DNA from: Gammaproteobacteria bacterium
GTDB lineage: Bacteria > Pseudomonadota > Gammaproteobacteria > JABABF01
Direction: 5' to 3'
Assembly (NCBI GenBank): GCA_965237805.1
Contig: OZ250153.1
Location: 1,600,001-1,664,000, forward strand
Length of the DNA: 64,000 nt
Under the pieces are notes generated by a model. That model saw only the letters and a program-made list of their open reading frames with translations. It was not told the DNA's origin and did no database searches. Both the position numbers and the translations under genes were made by a program. Positions 1-15,000 of this stretch are shown here, one piece after another; position 1 is the first letter of the stretch; each line of letters opens with the position of its first letter.

Positions 1-3000
1 TGATGTGACGCTGACGGTGACGGATGGCAGCGTGTCGGGCACGGCAGCTGTGACGGTGAATGTGGTGGCGACAGCGCTGACGGTGAGTGCTTCACCGGAT
101 CCGGTGGTGTCGGGTCAGTCCTTCACGCTGACGGTGACGGGAGTCGATGCTGATGGCGCGACGGACACGGGCTACAGCCGGTCGGCGGCGACGACGGTGA
201 CGGCTTCGGTGGGGACGCTGGTGGAGGAGTCGAGCACGGCGACCAGTATTGATCTGCGTTTGAGCGAGGTGGCGGACGGCGCTGATGTGACGCTGACGGT
301 GACGGATGGCAGCGTGTCGGGCACGGCAGCTGTGACGGTGAATGTGGTGGCGACAGCGCTGACGGTGAGTGCTTCACCGGATCCGGTGGTGTCGGGTCAG
401 TCCTTCACGCTGACGGTGACGGGAGTCGATGCCGATGGCGCGACGGACACGGGCTACAGCCGGTCGGCGGCGACGACGGTGACGGCTTCGGTGGGGACGC
501 TGGTGGAGGAGTCGAGTACAGCGACCAGTATTGATCTGCGTTTGAGCGAGGTGGCGGACGGCGCTGATGTGACGCTGACGGTGACGGATGGCAGCGTGTC
601 GGGCACGGCAGCTGTGACGGTGAATGTGGTGGCGACAGCGCTGACGGTGAGTGCTTCACCGGATCCGGTGGTGTCGGGTCAGTCCTTCACGCTGACGGTG
701 ACGGGAGTCGATGCTGATGGCGCGACGGACACGGGCTACAGCCGGTCGGCGGCGACGACGGTGACGGCTTCGGTGGGGACGCTGGTGGAGGAGTCGAGCA
801 CGGCGACCAGTATTGATCTGCGTTTGAGCGAGGTGGCGGACGGCGCTGATGTGACGCTGACGGTGACGGATGGCAGCGTGTCGGGCACGGCAGCTGTGAC
901 GGTGAATGTGGTGGCGACAGCGCTGACGGTGAGTGCTTCACCGGATCCGGTGGTGTCGGGTCAGTCCTTCACGCTGACGGTGACGGGAGTCGATGCCGAT
1001 GGCGCGACGGACACGGGCTACAGCCGGTCGGCGGCGACGACGGTGACGGCTTCGGCGGGGACGCTGGTGGAGGAGTCGAGCACGGCGACCAGTATTGATC
1101 TGCGTTTGAGCGAGGTGGCGGACGGCGCTGATGTGACGCTGACGGTGACGGATGGCAGCGTGTCGGGCACGGCAGCTGTGACGGTGAATGTGGTGGCGAC
1201 AGCGCTGACGGTGAGTGCTTCACCGGATCCGGTGGTGTCGGGTCAGTCCTTCACGCTGACGGTGACGGGAGTCGATGCCGATGGCGCGACGGACACGGGC
1301 TACAGCCGGTCGGCGGCGACGACGGTGACGGCTTCGGTGGGGACGCTGGTGGAGGAGTCGAGCACGGCGACCAGTATTGATCTGCGTTTGAGCGAGGTGG
1401 CGGACGGCGCTGATGTGACGCTGACGGTGACAGATGGCAGCGTGTCGGGCACGGCAGCTGTGACGGTGAATGTGGTGGCGACGGCGCTGTCGCTGAGCGC
1501 CTCAGTGGAGCCGGTGTTATCTGATCGCAGCTTCCTGCTGACGGTTGCTGGGGTGGATGCGGATGGCGCGACGGACACGGGCTACAGCCTGTCGGCGATG
1601 GCCACGGTGACGGCGTCGGCGGGGACGCTGGTAGAGGATTCGCGCGCGGGGCAGGTCATTGGCCTGAGTTTGAGTGGCTTGGCCGCTGGCTCGACGGCAC
1701 TGCTGACGGTGATCGACGATGGCTTGGAGGGTCAGCTCGAGCTGACAGTGGCGGCGGTGGCGGTGGTCTCCTTGGATGTGGCTGCACCTGAGACGGTGGT
1801 GTCTGGGGCGGCGTTCACGGTGACAGTGACGGCCCGCGATGCCAATGCTGTGGTGATTTCGGATGCGGATCTGTCGGCGGCGACGGCGGCCGTGTCGGTC
1901 GGGACGCTGTCGGCGTTCTCGCTGAGCGGGAACAACACACTGAGTATGGAGTTGCGAGCTGTGCCGGATGACACGACATCGACGCTGACGGTGAGCTTGG
2001 GCTCAGTCAGCAGTACGGACACGGTGACGGTGGATGTGGTGGCGACGGTGCTGACGGTCTCGGCACCGGAGACGGTGGTCTCTAGTCAGACCTTCACGCT
2101 GACGGTGACGGGAGTCGATGCCGATAGCGCGACGGACACGGGCTACAGCCGGTCGGTGACGGCAATGGTGACGGCTTCGGCGGGGACGCTGGTGGAGGAG
2201 TCGAGTACAGCGACCAGTATTGATCTGCGTTTGAGCGAGGTGGCGGACGGCGCTGATGTGACGCTGACGGTGACAGATGGCAGCGTGTCTGGCACGGCAG
2301 CTGTGACGGTGAATGTGGTGGCGACAGCGCTGACGGTGAGTGCTTCACCGGATCCGGTGGTGTCGGGTCAGTCCTTCACGCTGACGGTGACGGGAGTCGA
2401 TGCCGATGGCGCGACGGACACGGGCTACAGCCGGTCGGCGGCGACGACGGTGACGGCTTCGGCGGGGACGCTGGTGGAGGAGTCGAGCACGGCGACCAGT
2501 ATTGATCTGCGTTTGAGCGAGGTGGCGGACGGCGCTGATGTGACGCTGACGGTGACAGATGGCAGCGTGTCGGGCACGGCAGCTGTGACGGTGAATGTGG
2601 TGGCGACAGCGCTGACGGTGAGTGCTTCACCGGATCCGGTGGTGTCGGGTCAGTCCTTCACGCTGACGGTGACGGGAGTCGATGCCGATGGCGCGACGGA
2701 CACGGGCTACAGCCGGTCGGCGGCGACGACGGTGACGGCTTCGGTGGGGACGCTGGTGGAGGAGTCGAGTACAGCGACCAGTATTGATCTGCGTTTGAGC
2801 GAGGTGGCGGACGGCGCTGATGTGACGCTGACGGTGACGGATGGCAGCGTGTCGGGCACGGCAGCTGTGACGGTGAATGTGGTGGCGACGGCGCTGGCGC
2901 TGAGCGCCTCAGTGGAGCCGGTGTTATCTGATCGCAGCTTCCTGCTGACGGTTGCTGGGGTCGATGCGGATGGCGCGACTGATACGGCCTACAGCCTGTC

Positions 3001-6000
3001 GGCGACGGCAATGGTGACGGCGTCGGCGGGGACGCTGGTAGAGGATTCGCGCGCGGGGCAGGTCATTGGCCTGAGTTTGAGTGGCTTGGCCGCTGGCTCG
3101 ACGGTACTGCTGACGGTGATCGACGATGGCTTGGAGGGTGAGCTCGAGCTGACAGTGGCGGCGGTGGCGGTGGTCTCCTTGGATGTGGCTGCACCTGAGA
3201 CGGTGGTGTCTGGGGCGGCGTTCACGGTGACAGTGACGGCCCGCGATGCCAATGCTGTGGTGATTTCGGATGCGGATCTGTCGGCGGCGACGGCGGCTGT
3301 GTCGGTCGGGACGCTGTCGGCGTTCTCGCTGAGCGGGAACAACACACTGAGTATGGAGTTGCGAGCTGTGCCGGACGACACGACATCGACGCTGACGGTG
3401 AGCTTGGGCTCAGTCAGCAGTACGGACACGGTGACGGTGGATGTGGTGGCGACGGTGCTGACGGTCTCGGCACCGGAGACGGTGGTCTCTAGTCAGACCT
3501 TCACGCTGACGGTGACGGGAGTCGATGCCGATAGCGCGACGGACACGGGCTACAGCCGGTCGGTGACGGCAATGGTGACGGCTTCGGCGGGGACGCTGGT
3601 GGAGGAGTCGAGTACAGCGACCAGTATTGATCTGCGTTTGAGCGAGGTGGCGGACGGCGCTGATGTGACGCTGACGGTGACAGATGGCAGCGTGTCTGGC
3701 ACGGCAGCTGTGACGGTGAATGTGGTGGCGACAGCGCTGACGGTGAGTGCTTCACCGGATCCGGTGGTGTCGGGTCAGTCCTTCACGCTGACGGTGACGG
3801 GAGTCGATGCCGATGGCGCGACGGACACGGGCTACAGCCGGTCGGCGGCGACGACGGTGACGGCTTCGGCGGGGACGCTGGTGGAGGAGTCGAGCACGGC
3901 GACCAGTATTGATCTGCGTTTGAGCGAGGTGGCGGACGGCGCTGATGTGACGCTGACGGTGACAGATGGCAGCGTGTCGGGCACGGCAGCTGTGACGGTG
4001 AATGTGGTGGCGACAGCGCTGACGGTGAGTGCTTCACCGGATCCGGTGGTGTCGGGTCAGTCCTTCACGCTGACGGTGACGGGAGTCGATGCCGATGGCG
4101 CGACGGACACGGGCTACAGCCGGTCGGCGGCGACGACGGTGACGGCTTCGGTGGGGACGCTGGTGGAGGAGTCGAGTACAGCGACCAGTATTGATCTGCG
4201 TTTGAGCGAGGTGGCGGACGGCGCTGATGTGACGCTGACGGTGACGGATGGCAGCGTGTCGGGCACGGCAGCTGTGACGGTGAATGTGGTGGCGACGGCG
4301 CTGTCGCTGAGCGCCTCAGTGGAGCCGGTGTTATCTGATCGCAGCTTCCTGCTGACGGTTGCTGGGGTGGATGCGGATGGCGCGACGGACACGGGCTACA
4401 GCCTGTCGGCGATGGCCACGGTGACGGCGTCGGCGGGGACGCTGGTAGAGGATTCGCGCGCGGGGCAGGTCATTGGCCTGAGTTTGAGTGGCTTGGCCGC
4501 TGGCTCGACGGCACTGCTGACGGTGATCGACGATGGCTTGGAGGGTCAGCTCGAGCTGACAGTGGCGGCGGTGGCGGTGGTCTCCTTGGATGTGGCTGCA
4601 CCTGAGACGGTGGTGTCTGGGGCGGCGTTCACGGTGACAGTGACGGCCCGTGATGCCAATGCTGTGGTGATTTCGGATGCGGATCTGTCGGCGGCGACGG
4701 CGGCTGTGTCGGTCGGGACGCTGTCGGCGTTCTCGCTGAGCGGGAACAACACACTGAGTATGGAGTTGCGAGCTGTGCCGGATGACACGACATCGACGCT
4801 GACGGTGAGCTTGGGCTCAGTCAGCAGTACGGACACGGTGACGGTGGATGTGGTGGCGACGGTGCTGACGGTCTCGGCACCGGAGACGGTGGTCTCTAGT
4901 CAGACCTTCACGCTGACGGTGACGGGAGTCGATGCCGATAGCGCGACGGACACGGGCTACAGCCGGTCGGTGACGGCAATGGTGACGGCTTCGGCGGGGA
5001 CGCTGGTGGAGGAGTCGAGTACAGCGACCAGTATTGATCTGCGTTTGAGCGAGGTGGCGGACGGCGCTGATGTGACGCTGACGGTGACAGATGGCAGCGT
5101 GTCTGGCACGGCAGCTGTGACGGTGAATGTGGTGGCGACAGCGCTGACGGTGAGTGCTTCACCGGATCCGGTGGTGTCGGGTCAGTCCTTCACGCTGACG
5201 GTGACGGGAGTCGATGCTGATGGCGCGACGGACACGGGCTACAGCCGGTCGGCGGCGACGACGGTGACGGCTTCGGTGGGGACGCTGGTGGAGGAGTCGA
5301 GCACGGCGACCAGTATTGATCTGCGTTTGAGCGAGGTGGCGGACGGCGCTGATGTGACGCTGACGGTGACGGATGGCAGCGTGTCTGGCACGGCAGCTGT
5401 GACGGTGAATGTGGTGGCGACAGCGCTGACGGTGAGTGCTTCACCGGATCCGGTGGTGTCGGGTCAGTCCTTCACGCTGACGGTGACGGGAGTCGATGCC
5501 GATGGCGCGACGGACACGGGCTACAGCCGGTCGGCGGCGACGACGGTGACGGCTTCGGTGGGGACGCTGGTGGAGGAGTCGAGTACAGCGACCAGTATTG
5601 ATCTGCGTTTGAGCGAGGTGGCGGACGGCGCTGATGTGACGCTGACGGTGACGGATGGCAGCGTGTCGGGCACGGCAGCTGTGACGGTGAATGTGGTGGC
5701 GACAGCGCTGACGGTGAGTGCTTCACCGGATCCGGTGGTGTCGGGTCAGTCCTTCACGCTGACGGTGACGGGAGTCGATGCTGATGGCGCGACGGACACG
5801 GGCTACAGCCGGTCGGCGGCGACGACGGTGACGGCTTCGGTGGGGACGCTGGTGGAGGAGTCGAGCACGGCGACCAGTATTGATCTGCGTTTGAGCGAGG
5901 TGGCGGACGGCGCTGATGTGACGCTGACGGTGACGGATGGCAGCGTGTCGGGCACGGCAGCTGTGACGGTGAATGTGGTGGCGACGGTGCTGACGGTCTC

Positions 6001-9000
6001 GGCACCGGAGACGGTGGTCTCTAGTCAGACCTTCACGCTGACGGTGACGGGAGTCGATGCCGATGGCGCGACGGACACGGGCTACAGCCGGTCGGCGGCG
6101 ACGACGGTGACGGCTTCGGTGGGGACGCTGGTGGAGGAGTCGAGCACGGCGACCAGTATTGATCTGCGTTTGAGCGAGGTGGCGGACGGCGCTGATGTGA
6201 CGCTGACGGTGACGGATGGCAGCGTGTCGGGCACGGCAGCTGTGACGGTGAATGTGGTGGCGACAGCGCTGACGGTGAGTGCTTCACCGGATCCGGTGGT
6301 GTCGGGTCAGTCCTTCACGCTGACGGTGACGGGAGTCGATGCCGATGGCGCGACGGACACGGGCTACAGCCGGTCGGCGGCGACGACGGTGACGGCTTCG
6401 GTGGGGACGCTGGTGGAGGAGTCGAGCACGGCGACCAGTATTGATCTGCGTTTGAGCGAGGTGGCGGACGGCGCTGATGTGACGCTGACGGTGACAGATG
6501 GCAGCGTGTCGGGCACGGCAGCTGTGACGGTGAATGTGGTGGCGACAGCGCTGACGGTGAGTGCTTCACCGGATCCGGTGGTGTTGGGTCAGTCCTTCAC
6601 GCTGACGGTGACGGGAGTCGATGCCGATGGCGCGACGGACACGGGCTACAGCCGGTCGGCGGCGACGACGGTGACGGCTTCGGTGGGGACGCTGGTGGAG
6701 GAGTCGAGTACAGCGACCAGTATTGATCTGCGTTTGAGCGAGGTGGCGGACGGCGCTGATGTGACGCTGACGGTGACGGATGGCAGCGTGTCGGGCACGG
6801 CAGCTGTGACGGTGAATGTGGTGGCGACGGCGCTGGCGCTGAGCGCCTCAGTGGAGCCGGTGTTATCTGATCGCAGCTTCCTGCTGACGGTTGCTGGGGT
6901 GGATGCGGATGGCGCGACTGATACGGCCTACAGCCTGTCGGCGACGGCAATGGTGACGGCGTCGGCGGGGACGCTGGTAGAGGATTCGCGCGCGGGGCAG
7001 GTCATTGGCCTGAGTTTGAGTGGCTTGGCCGCTGGCTCGACGGCGCTGCTGACGGTGATCGACGATGGCTTGGAGGGTCAGCTCGAGCTGACAGTGGCGG
7101 CGGTGGCGGTGGTCTCCTTGGATGTGGCTGCACCTGAGACGGTGGTGTCTGGGGTGGCGTTCACGGTGACAGTGACGGCCCGCGATGCCAATGCTGTGGT
7201 GATTTCGGATGCGGATCTGTCGGCGGCGACGGCGACTGTGTCGGTCGGGACGCTGTCGGAGTTCTCGCTGAGCGGGAACAACACACTGAGTATGGAGTTG
7301 CGAGCTGTGCCGGACGACACGACAGCGATGCTGACGGTGAGTTTGGGCTCAGTCAGCAGTGCGGACACGGTGACGGTGAATGTGGTGGCGACGGTGCTGA
7401 CGGTCTCGGCACCGGAGACGGTGGTCTCTAGTCAGACCTTCACGCTGACGGTGACGGGAGTCGATGCCGATAGCGCGACGGACACGGGCTACAGCCGGTC
7501 GGTGACGGCAATGGTGACGGCTTCGGCGGGGACGCTGGTGGAGGAGTCGAGTACAGCGACCAGTATTGATCTGCGTTTGAGCGAGGTGGCGGACGGCGCT
7601 GATGTGACGCTGACGGTGACGGATGGCAGCGTGTCTGGCACGGCAGCTGTGACGGTGAATGTGGTGGCGACAGCGCTGACGGTGAGTGCTTCACCGGATC
7701 CGGTGGTGTCGGGTCAGTCCTTCACGCTGACGGTGACGGGAGTCGATGCCGATGGCGCGACGGACACGGGCTACAGCCGGTCGGCGGCGACGACGGTGAC
7801 GGCTTCGGCGGGGACGCTGGTGGAGGAGTCGAGCACGGCGACCAGTATTGATCTGCGTTTGAGCGAGGTGGCGGACGGCGCTGATGTGACGCTGACGGTG
7901 ACGGATGGCAGCGTGTCTGGCACGGCAGCTGTGACGGTGAATGTGGTGGCGACAGCGCTGACGGTGAGTGCTTCACCGGATCCGGTGGTGTCGGGTCAGT
8001 CCTTCACGGTGACGGTGATGGGAGTCGATGCAGATGGGGCGGAGGACACGGACTACAGCCTGTCGGCGGGGGCAACGGTGGTGGCTTCGGCGGGGACGCT
8101 GGAGGAGGATTCGCGGACGACGGATGTCTTTACTCTGCGTTTGAACGAGGTGGCGGACGGCACGATGGTGACGCTGACGGTGACGGATGGCAGCGTGTCG
8201 GGCACGGCTGATGTGGCGGTGAATGTGGTGGCGACGGCGCTGGCGCTGAGCGCCTCAGTGGAGCCGGTGTTATCTGATCGCAGCTTCCTGCTGACGGTTG
8301 CTGGGGTGGATGCGGATGGCGCGACTGATACGGACTACAGCCTGTCGGCGACGGCCACGGTGACGGCGTCGGCGGGGACGCTGGTAGAGGATTCGCGCGC
8401 GGGGCAGGTCATTGGCCTGAGTTTGAGTGGCTTGGCCGCTGGCTCGACGGCACTGCTGACGGTGATCGACGATGGCTTGGAGGGTCAGCTCGAGCTGACA
8501 GTGGCGGCGGTGGCGGTGGTCTCCTTGGATGTGGCTGCACCTGAGACGGTGGTGTCTGGGGCGGCGTTCACGGTGACAGTGACGGCCCGTGATGCCAATG
8601 CTGTGGTGATTTCGGATGCGGATCTGTCGGCGGCGACGGCGGCTGTGTCGGTCGGGACGCTGTCGGCGTTCTCGCTGAGCGGGAACAACACACTGAGTAT
8701 GGAGTTGCGAGCTGTGCCGGACGACACGACATCGACGCTGACGGTGAGCTTGGGCTCAGTCAGCAGTACGGACACGGTGACGGTGGATGTGGTGGCGACA
8801 GCGCTGTCGGTAGCGGCACCGGCGACGGTGGTGTCGGGTCAGCTCTTCACGCTGACGGTGACGGGAGTCGATGAGGATGACGCGACGGACACGGGCCACA
8901 GCCTGTCGACGGCGACGGTGTCGGCTGCGCCGGGGGAGATCGCGGATCTGAGTCAGACGGGCAACGAGTTGAGTGTGAGTGTGAGCAGGGCGACGGATGC

Positions 9001-12000
9001 TGAGACAGTGACGCTGACGGTGGCGGCCGGTGGCTTGTCGGGCACGGCAGCTGTGGTGGTAGATGTGGTGGCGACGGTGCTGACGGTCGCGGCACCGGAG
9101 ACGGTGGTGGCGGGCGCGAGCTTTGCGCTGACGGTGATGGGAGTCGATGCCGATAGCGCGACGGACACGGACTACAGCCTGTCGTCGACGGCCACGGTGA
9201 CGGCTGCGGCGGGGACGCTATTGCCCGTGACGCGCACGCCGACAGGCAACGGCTTCGGCGGTCTGAGTCTGAGCGTGGTGAGCGACGGCGATGTGGTGAC
9301 GCTGACGGTGACGGATGGCGTGCTGTCGTCTGCAGGCACGGCTGATGTGGAGGTGGATGTGGTGGCGACGGAGCTGACGGTCGCGGCACCGGCGATGGTG
9401 GTGGCGGGCGCGAGCTTTGCGCTGACGGTGACGGGAGTCGATGCCGATAGCGCGACGGACACGGACTACAGCCTGTCGTCGACGGCCACGGTGACGGCTT
9501 CGGCGGGGACGCTATTGCCCGTGACGCGCACGCCGACAGGCAACGGCTTCGTCGGTCTGAGTCTGAGCGTGGTGAGCGATGGCGATGTGGTGACGCTGAC
9601 GGTGACGGATGGCGTGCTGTCGTCTGCAGACACGGCTGATGTGGAGGTGGATGTGGTGGCGACGGTGCTGGCGCTGAGCGCCTCAGTGGAGCCGGTGTTA
9701 TCTGATCGCAGCTTCCTGCTGACGGTTGCTGGGGTGGATGCGGATGGCGCGACTGATACGGGCTACAGCCTGTCGGCGACGGCCACGGTGACGGCGTCGG
9801 CGGGGACGCTGGTAGAGGCTTCGCGCGCGGGGCAGGTCATTGGCCTGAGTTTGAGTGGCTTGGCCGCTGGCTCGACGGCACTGCTGACGGTGATCGACGA
9901 TGGCTTGGAGGGTCAGCTCGAGCTGACAGTGGCGGCGGTGGCGGTGGTCTCCTTGGATGTGGCTGCACCTGAGACGGTGGTGTCTGGGGCGGCGTTCACG
10001 GTGACAGTGACGGCCCGTGATGCCAATGCTGTGGTGATTTCGGATGCGGATCTGTCGGCGGCGACGGCGGCTGTGTCGGTCGGGACGCTGTCGGAGTTCT
10101 CGCTGAGCGGGAACAACACACTGAGTATGGAGTTGCGAGCTGTGCCGGACGACACGACATCGACGCTGACGGTGAGTTTGGGCTCAGTCAGCAGTGCGGA
10201 CACGGTGACGGTGAATGTGGTGGCGACGGCGCTGTCGGTAGCGGCACCGGCGACGGTGGTGTCGGGTCAGCTCTTCATGCTGACGGTGACGGGAGTCGAT
10301 GCGGATGACGCGACGGACACGGGCCACAGCCTGTCGACGGCGACGGTGTCGGCTGCGCCGGGGGCGATCGCGGATCTGAGTCAGAGGGGCAACGAGTTGA
10401 GTGTGAGTGTGAGCGGGGCGACGGATGCTGAGACAGTGACGCTGACGGTGGCGGCCGGTGGCTTGTCGGGCACGGCAGCTGTGGTGGTAGATGTGGTGGC
10501 GACGGTGCTGAGGCTGGAGCCCTCGCAGGATCCGGTCAATGGGGGCTCGCCCTTCACGCTGACGGTGACGGGAGTCGATGCGGATGACGCGACGGACACG
10601 GACTACAGCCTGTCGGCGACGGCCACGGTGACGGCTTCGGCGGGGACGCTGGTGGAGGATTCGCGGACGACGGCGGGCTTTGAGCTGAATTTGAGCGGGG
10701 TGGGCGATGGCACGCTAGTGACGCTGACGGTGACGGATGGCGCTTTGTCGAACACGCTGGATGTGACGGTGCAGGCGGCGGCGGCATCCTTGCTGGTGGC
10801 TGCACCGGCGACGGTGGTGTCTGGCGCTGACTTCACGGTGCAGTTGACGGCTTTGGACGCTGGGGACAACGTCATTCCAAACCACAATCTATCGGCGGCG
10901 CAGGCCACCGCCTCGGTGGGGAATCTGATCTTGGTCTCGCAGACGACGGACACGCTGACTCTACAGTTGCGCGGTGTGTCGGATAGTGCATCGGCGGTTT
11001 TGACAGTGATGGAGGGGTCCGCCAGCGGCACTGACACGGTGGCGGTGGATGTGGTGGCGACGGCGCTGTCGGTCTCGGCACCGGAGACGGTGGTGTCGGG
11101 CGCGAGCTTTGCGCTGACGGTGACGGGAGTCGATGCGGATGACGCGACGGACACGGGCTACAGCCTGTCGACGGCGACGGTGTCGGCTGCGCCGGGGGCG
11201 ATCGCGGATCTGAGTCAGATGGGCAACGAGTTGAGTGTGAGTGTGAGCGGGGTGACGGACGGTGCGACAGCGACGCTGACGGTGGCGGCCGATGGCTTGT
11301 CGGGTACGGCAGCTGTGGCGGTGAATGTGGAGGCGACGGCGCTGACGGTCTCGGCACCAGAGACGGTGGTGTCGGGCACGTCCTTCACGCTGACGGTGAC
11401 GGGAGTCAATTCAGCTGACGAGACGGACACGGACTACAGCCTGTCGAATGTGACGGTGACGGCCTCGACAGGGATGCTGACGACGGTGCAGACCAGCACC
11501 GGCTTCGAGCTGAGACTGAGCGGGTTGGCGGACGGCACGATGGTGACGCTGACGGCGACGGATAGCGTGCTGTCGTCTGCAGACACGGCTGATGTGGTGG
11601 TGAATGTGGAGGCGACGGCGCTGACGGTCTCGGCACCGGAGACGGTGGTGTCGGGCACGTCCTTCACGCTGACGGTGACGGGAGTCAATTCAGCTGACGA
11701 GACGGACACGGACTACAGCCTGTCGAATGTGACGGTGACGGCCTCGACAGGGATGCTGACGACGGTGCAGACCAGCACCGGCTTCGAGCTGAGACTGAGC
11801 GGGTTGGCGGACGGCACGATGGTGACGCTGACGGCGACGGATAGCGTGCTGTCGTCTGCAGACACGGCTGCTGTGGCGGTGAATGTGGTGGCGACGGCGC
11901 TGACGGTATCGGCACCGGCGACGGTGGTGTCGGGTGCGAGCTTTGCGCTGACGGTGATGGGAGTCGATGCAGCTGGCGCGACGGACACGGGCTACAGCCT

Positions 12001-15000
12001 GTCGAATGTGACGGTGACGGCCTCGTCGGGGACGATCTCGGGTCAAAGTCAGACCAGCACCGGCTTCGAGCTGAGTCTGAGCGGGGTGGCGGACGGCACG
12101 ATGGTGACACTGACGGCGACGGATAGCGTGCTGTCGTCTGCAGACACGGTGGCTGTGGCGGTGAATGTGGTGGCGACGGCGCTGACGGTATCGGCACTGG
12201 CGACGGTGGTGTCGGGCGCGAGCTTTGCGCTGACGGTGACGGGAGTCGATGCAGCTGGCGCGACGGACACGGGCTACAGCCTGTCGAATGTGACGGTGAC
12301 GGCCTCGACCGGGACGCTGACGACGGCGCAGACCAGCACTGGCTTCGAGCTGAGTCTGAGCGGGTTGGCTGACGGCACGATGGTGACACTGACGGCGACG
12401 GATAGCGTGCTGTCGTCTGCAGACACGGCTGATGTGACGGTGGATGTGGTGGCGACGGCGCTGACGGTGTCGGCACCGGCGACGGTGGTGTCGGGTGCGA
12501 GCTTTGCGCTGACAGTGACGGGAGTCGATGCAGCTGGCGCGACGGACACGGGCTACAGCCTGTCGAATGTGACGGTGACGGCCTCGTCGGGGACGATTTC
12601 GGGTCAAAGTCAGACCAGCACTGGCTTCGAGCTGAGTCTGAGCGGGGTGGCGGACGGCACGATGGTGACACTGACAGCGACGGATAGCGTGCTGTCGTCT
12701 GCAGACACGGTGGCTGTGGCGGTGAATGTGGTGGCGACGGCGCTGACGGTATCGGCACTGGCGACGGTGGTGTCGGGCGCGAGCTTTGCGCTGACGGTGA
12801 CGGGAGTCGATGCAGCTGGCGCGACGGACACGGGCTACAGCCTGTCGAATGTGACGGTGACGGCCTCGACCGGGACGCTGACGACGGCGCAGACCAGCAC
12901 TGGCTTCGAGCTGAGTCTGAGCGGGTTGGCTGACGGCACGATGGTGACACTGACGGCGACGGATAGTGTGCTGTCGTCTGCAGACACGGCTGATGTGACG
13001 GTGGATGTGGTGGCGACGGCGCTGACGGTGTCGGCACCGGCGACGGTGATGTCGGGTGCGAGCTTTGCGCTGACGGTGACGGGCGTCGATGCAGCTGGCG
13101 CGACGGACACGGGCTACAGCCTGTCGAATGTGACGGTGACGGCCTCGTCGGGGACGATTTCGGGTCAAAGTCAGACCAGCACCGGCTTCGAGCTGAGACT
13201 GAGCGGGTTGGCGGACGGCACGATGGTGACACTGACGGCGACGGATAGCGTGCTGTCGTCTGCAGACACGGCTGATGTGACGGTGGATGTGGTGGCGACG
13301 GCGCTGACGGTATCGGCACCGGCGACGGTGGTGTCGGGCGCGAGCTTTGCGCTGACGGTGACGGGCGTCGATGCAGCTGGCGCGACGGACACGGGCTACA
13401 GCCTGTCGAATGTGACGGTGACGGCCTCGTCGGGGACGATCTCGGGTCAAAGTCAGACCAGCACCGGCTTCGAGCTGAGTCTGAGCGGGGTGGCGGACGG
13501 CACGATGGTGACACTGACGGCGACGGATAGCGTGCTGTCGTCTGCAGACACGGTGGATGTGGCGGTGAATGTGGTGGCGACGGCGCTGACGGTCTCGGCA
13601 CCGGCGACGGTGGTGTCGGGTGCGAGCTTTGCGCTGACGGTGACGGGAGTCGATGCAGCTGGCGCGACTGACACGGGCTACAGCCTGTCGAATGTGACGG
13701 TGACGGCCTCGACCGGGATGCTGACGACGGCGCAGACCAGCACTGGCTTCGAGCTGAGTCTGAGCGGGTTGGCTGACGGCACGATGGTGACACTGACGGC
13801 GACGGATAGTGTGCTGTCGTCTGCAGACACGGCAGCTGTGACGGTGGATGTGGTGGCGACGGCGCTGACGGTATCGGCACCGGCGACGGTGGTGTCGGGT
13901 GCGAGCTTTGCGCTGACGGTGACGGGCGTCGATGCAGCTGGCGCGACGGACACGGGCTACAGCCTGTCGAATGTGACGGTGACGGCCTCGTCGGGGACGA
14001 TTTCGGGTCAAAGTCAGACCAGCACCGGCTTCGAGCTGAGTCTGAGCGGGGTGACTGATGGCACGATGGTGACACTGACGGCGACGGATAGCGTGCTGTC
14101 GGCTGCAGACACGGTGGATGTGGCGGTGAATGTGGTGGCGACGGCGCTGACGGTATCGGCACCGGCGACGGTGGTGTCGGGCGCGAGCTTTGCGCTGACG
14201 GTGACGGGCGTCGATGCAGCTGGCGCGACGGACACGGGCTACAGCCTGTCGAATGTGACGGTGACGGCCTCGACCGGGACGCTGACGACGGCGCAGACCA
14301 GCACTGGCTTCGAGCTGAGTCTGAGCGGGTTGGCTGACGGCACGATGGTGACACTGACGGCGACGGATAGTGTGCTGTCGTCTGCAGACACGGCTGATGT
14401 GACGGTGGATGTGGTGGCGACGGCGCTGACGGTCTCGGCACCGGCGACGGTGGTGTCGGGTGCGAGCTTTGCGCTGACAGTGACGGGAGTCGATGCAGCT
14501 GGCGCGACGGACACGGGCTACAGCCTGTCGAATGTGACGGTGACGGCCTCGTCGGGGACGATTTCGGGTCAAAGTCAGACCAGCACCGGCTTCGAGCTGA
14601 GTCTGAGCGGGTTGGCGGACGGCACGATGGTGACACTGACGGCGACGGATAGCGTGCTGTCGTCTGCAGACACGGCTGATGTGACGGTGGATGTGGTGGC
14701 GACGGCGCTGACGGTGTCGGCACCGGCGACGGTGGTGTCGGGTGCGAGCTTTGCGCTGACAGTGACGGGAGTCGATGCAGCTGGCGCGACGGACACGGGC
14801 TACAGCCTGTCGAATGTGACGGTGACGGCCTCGTCGGGGACGATTTCGGGTCAAAGTCAGACCAGCACCGGCTTCGAGCTGAGTCTGAGCGGGTTGGCGG
14901 ACGGCACGATGGTGACACTGACGGCGACGGATAGCGTGCTGTCGTCTGCAGACACGGCTGATGTGACGGTGGATGTGGTGGCGACGGCGCTGACGGTGTC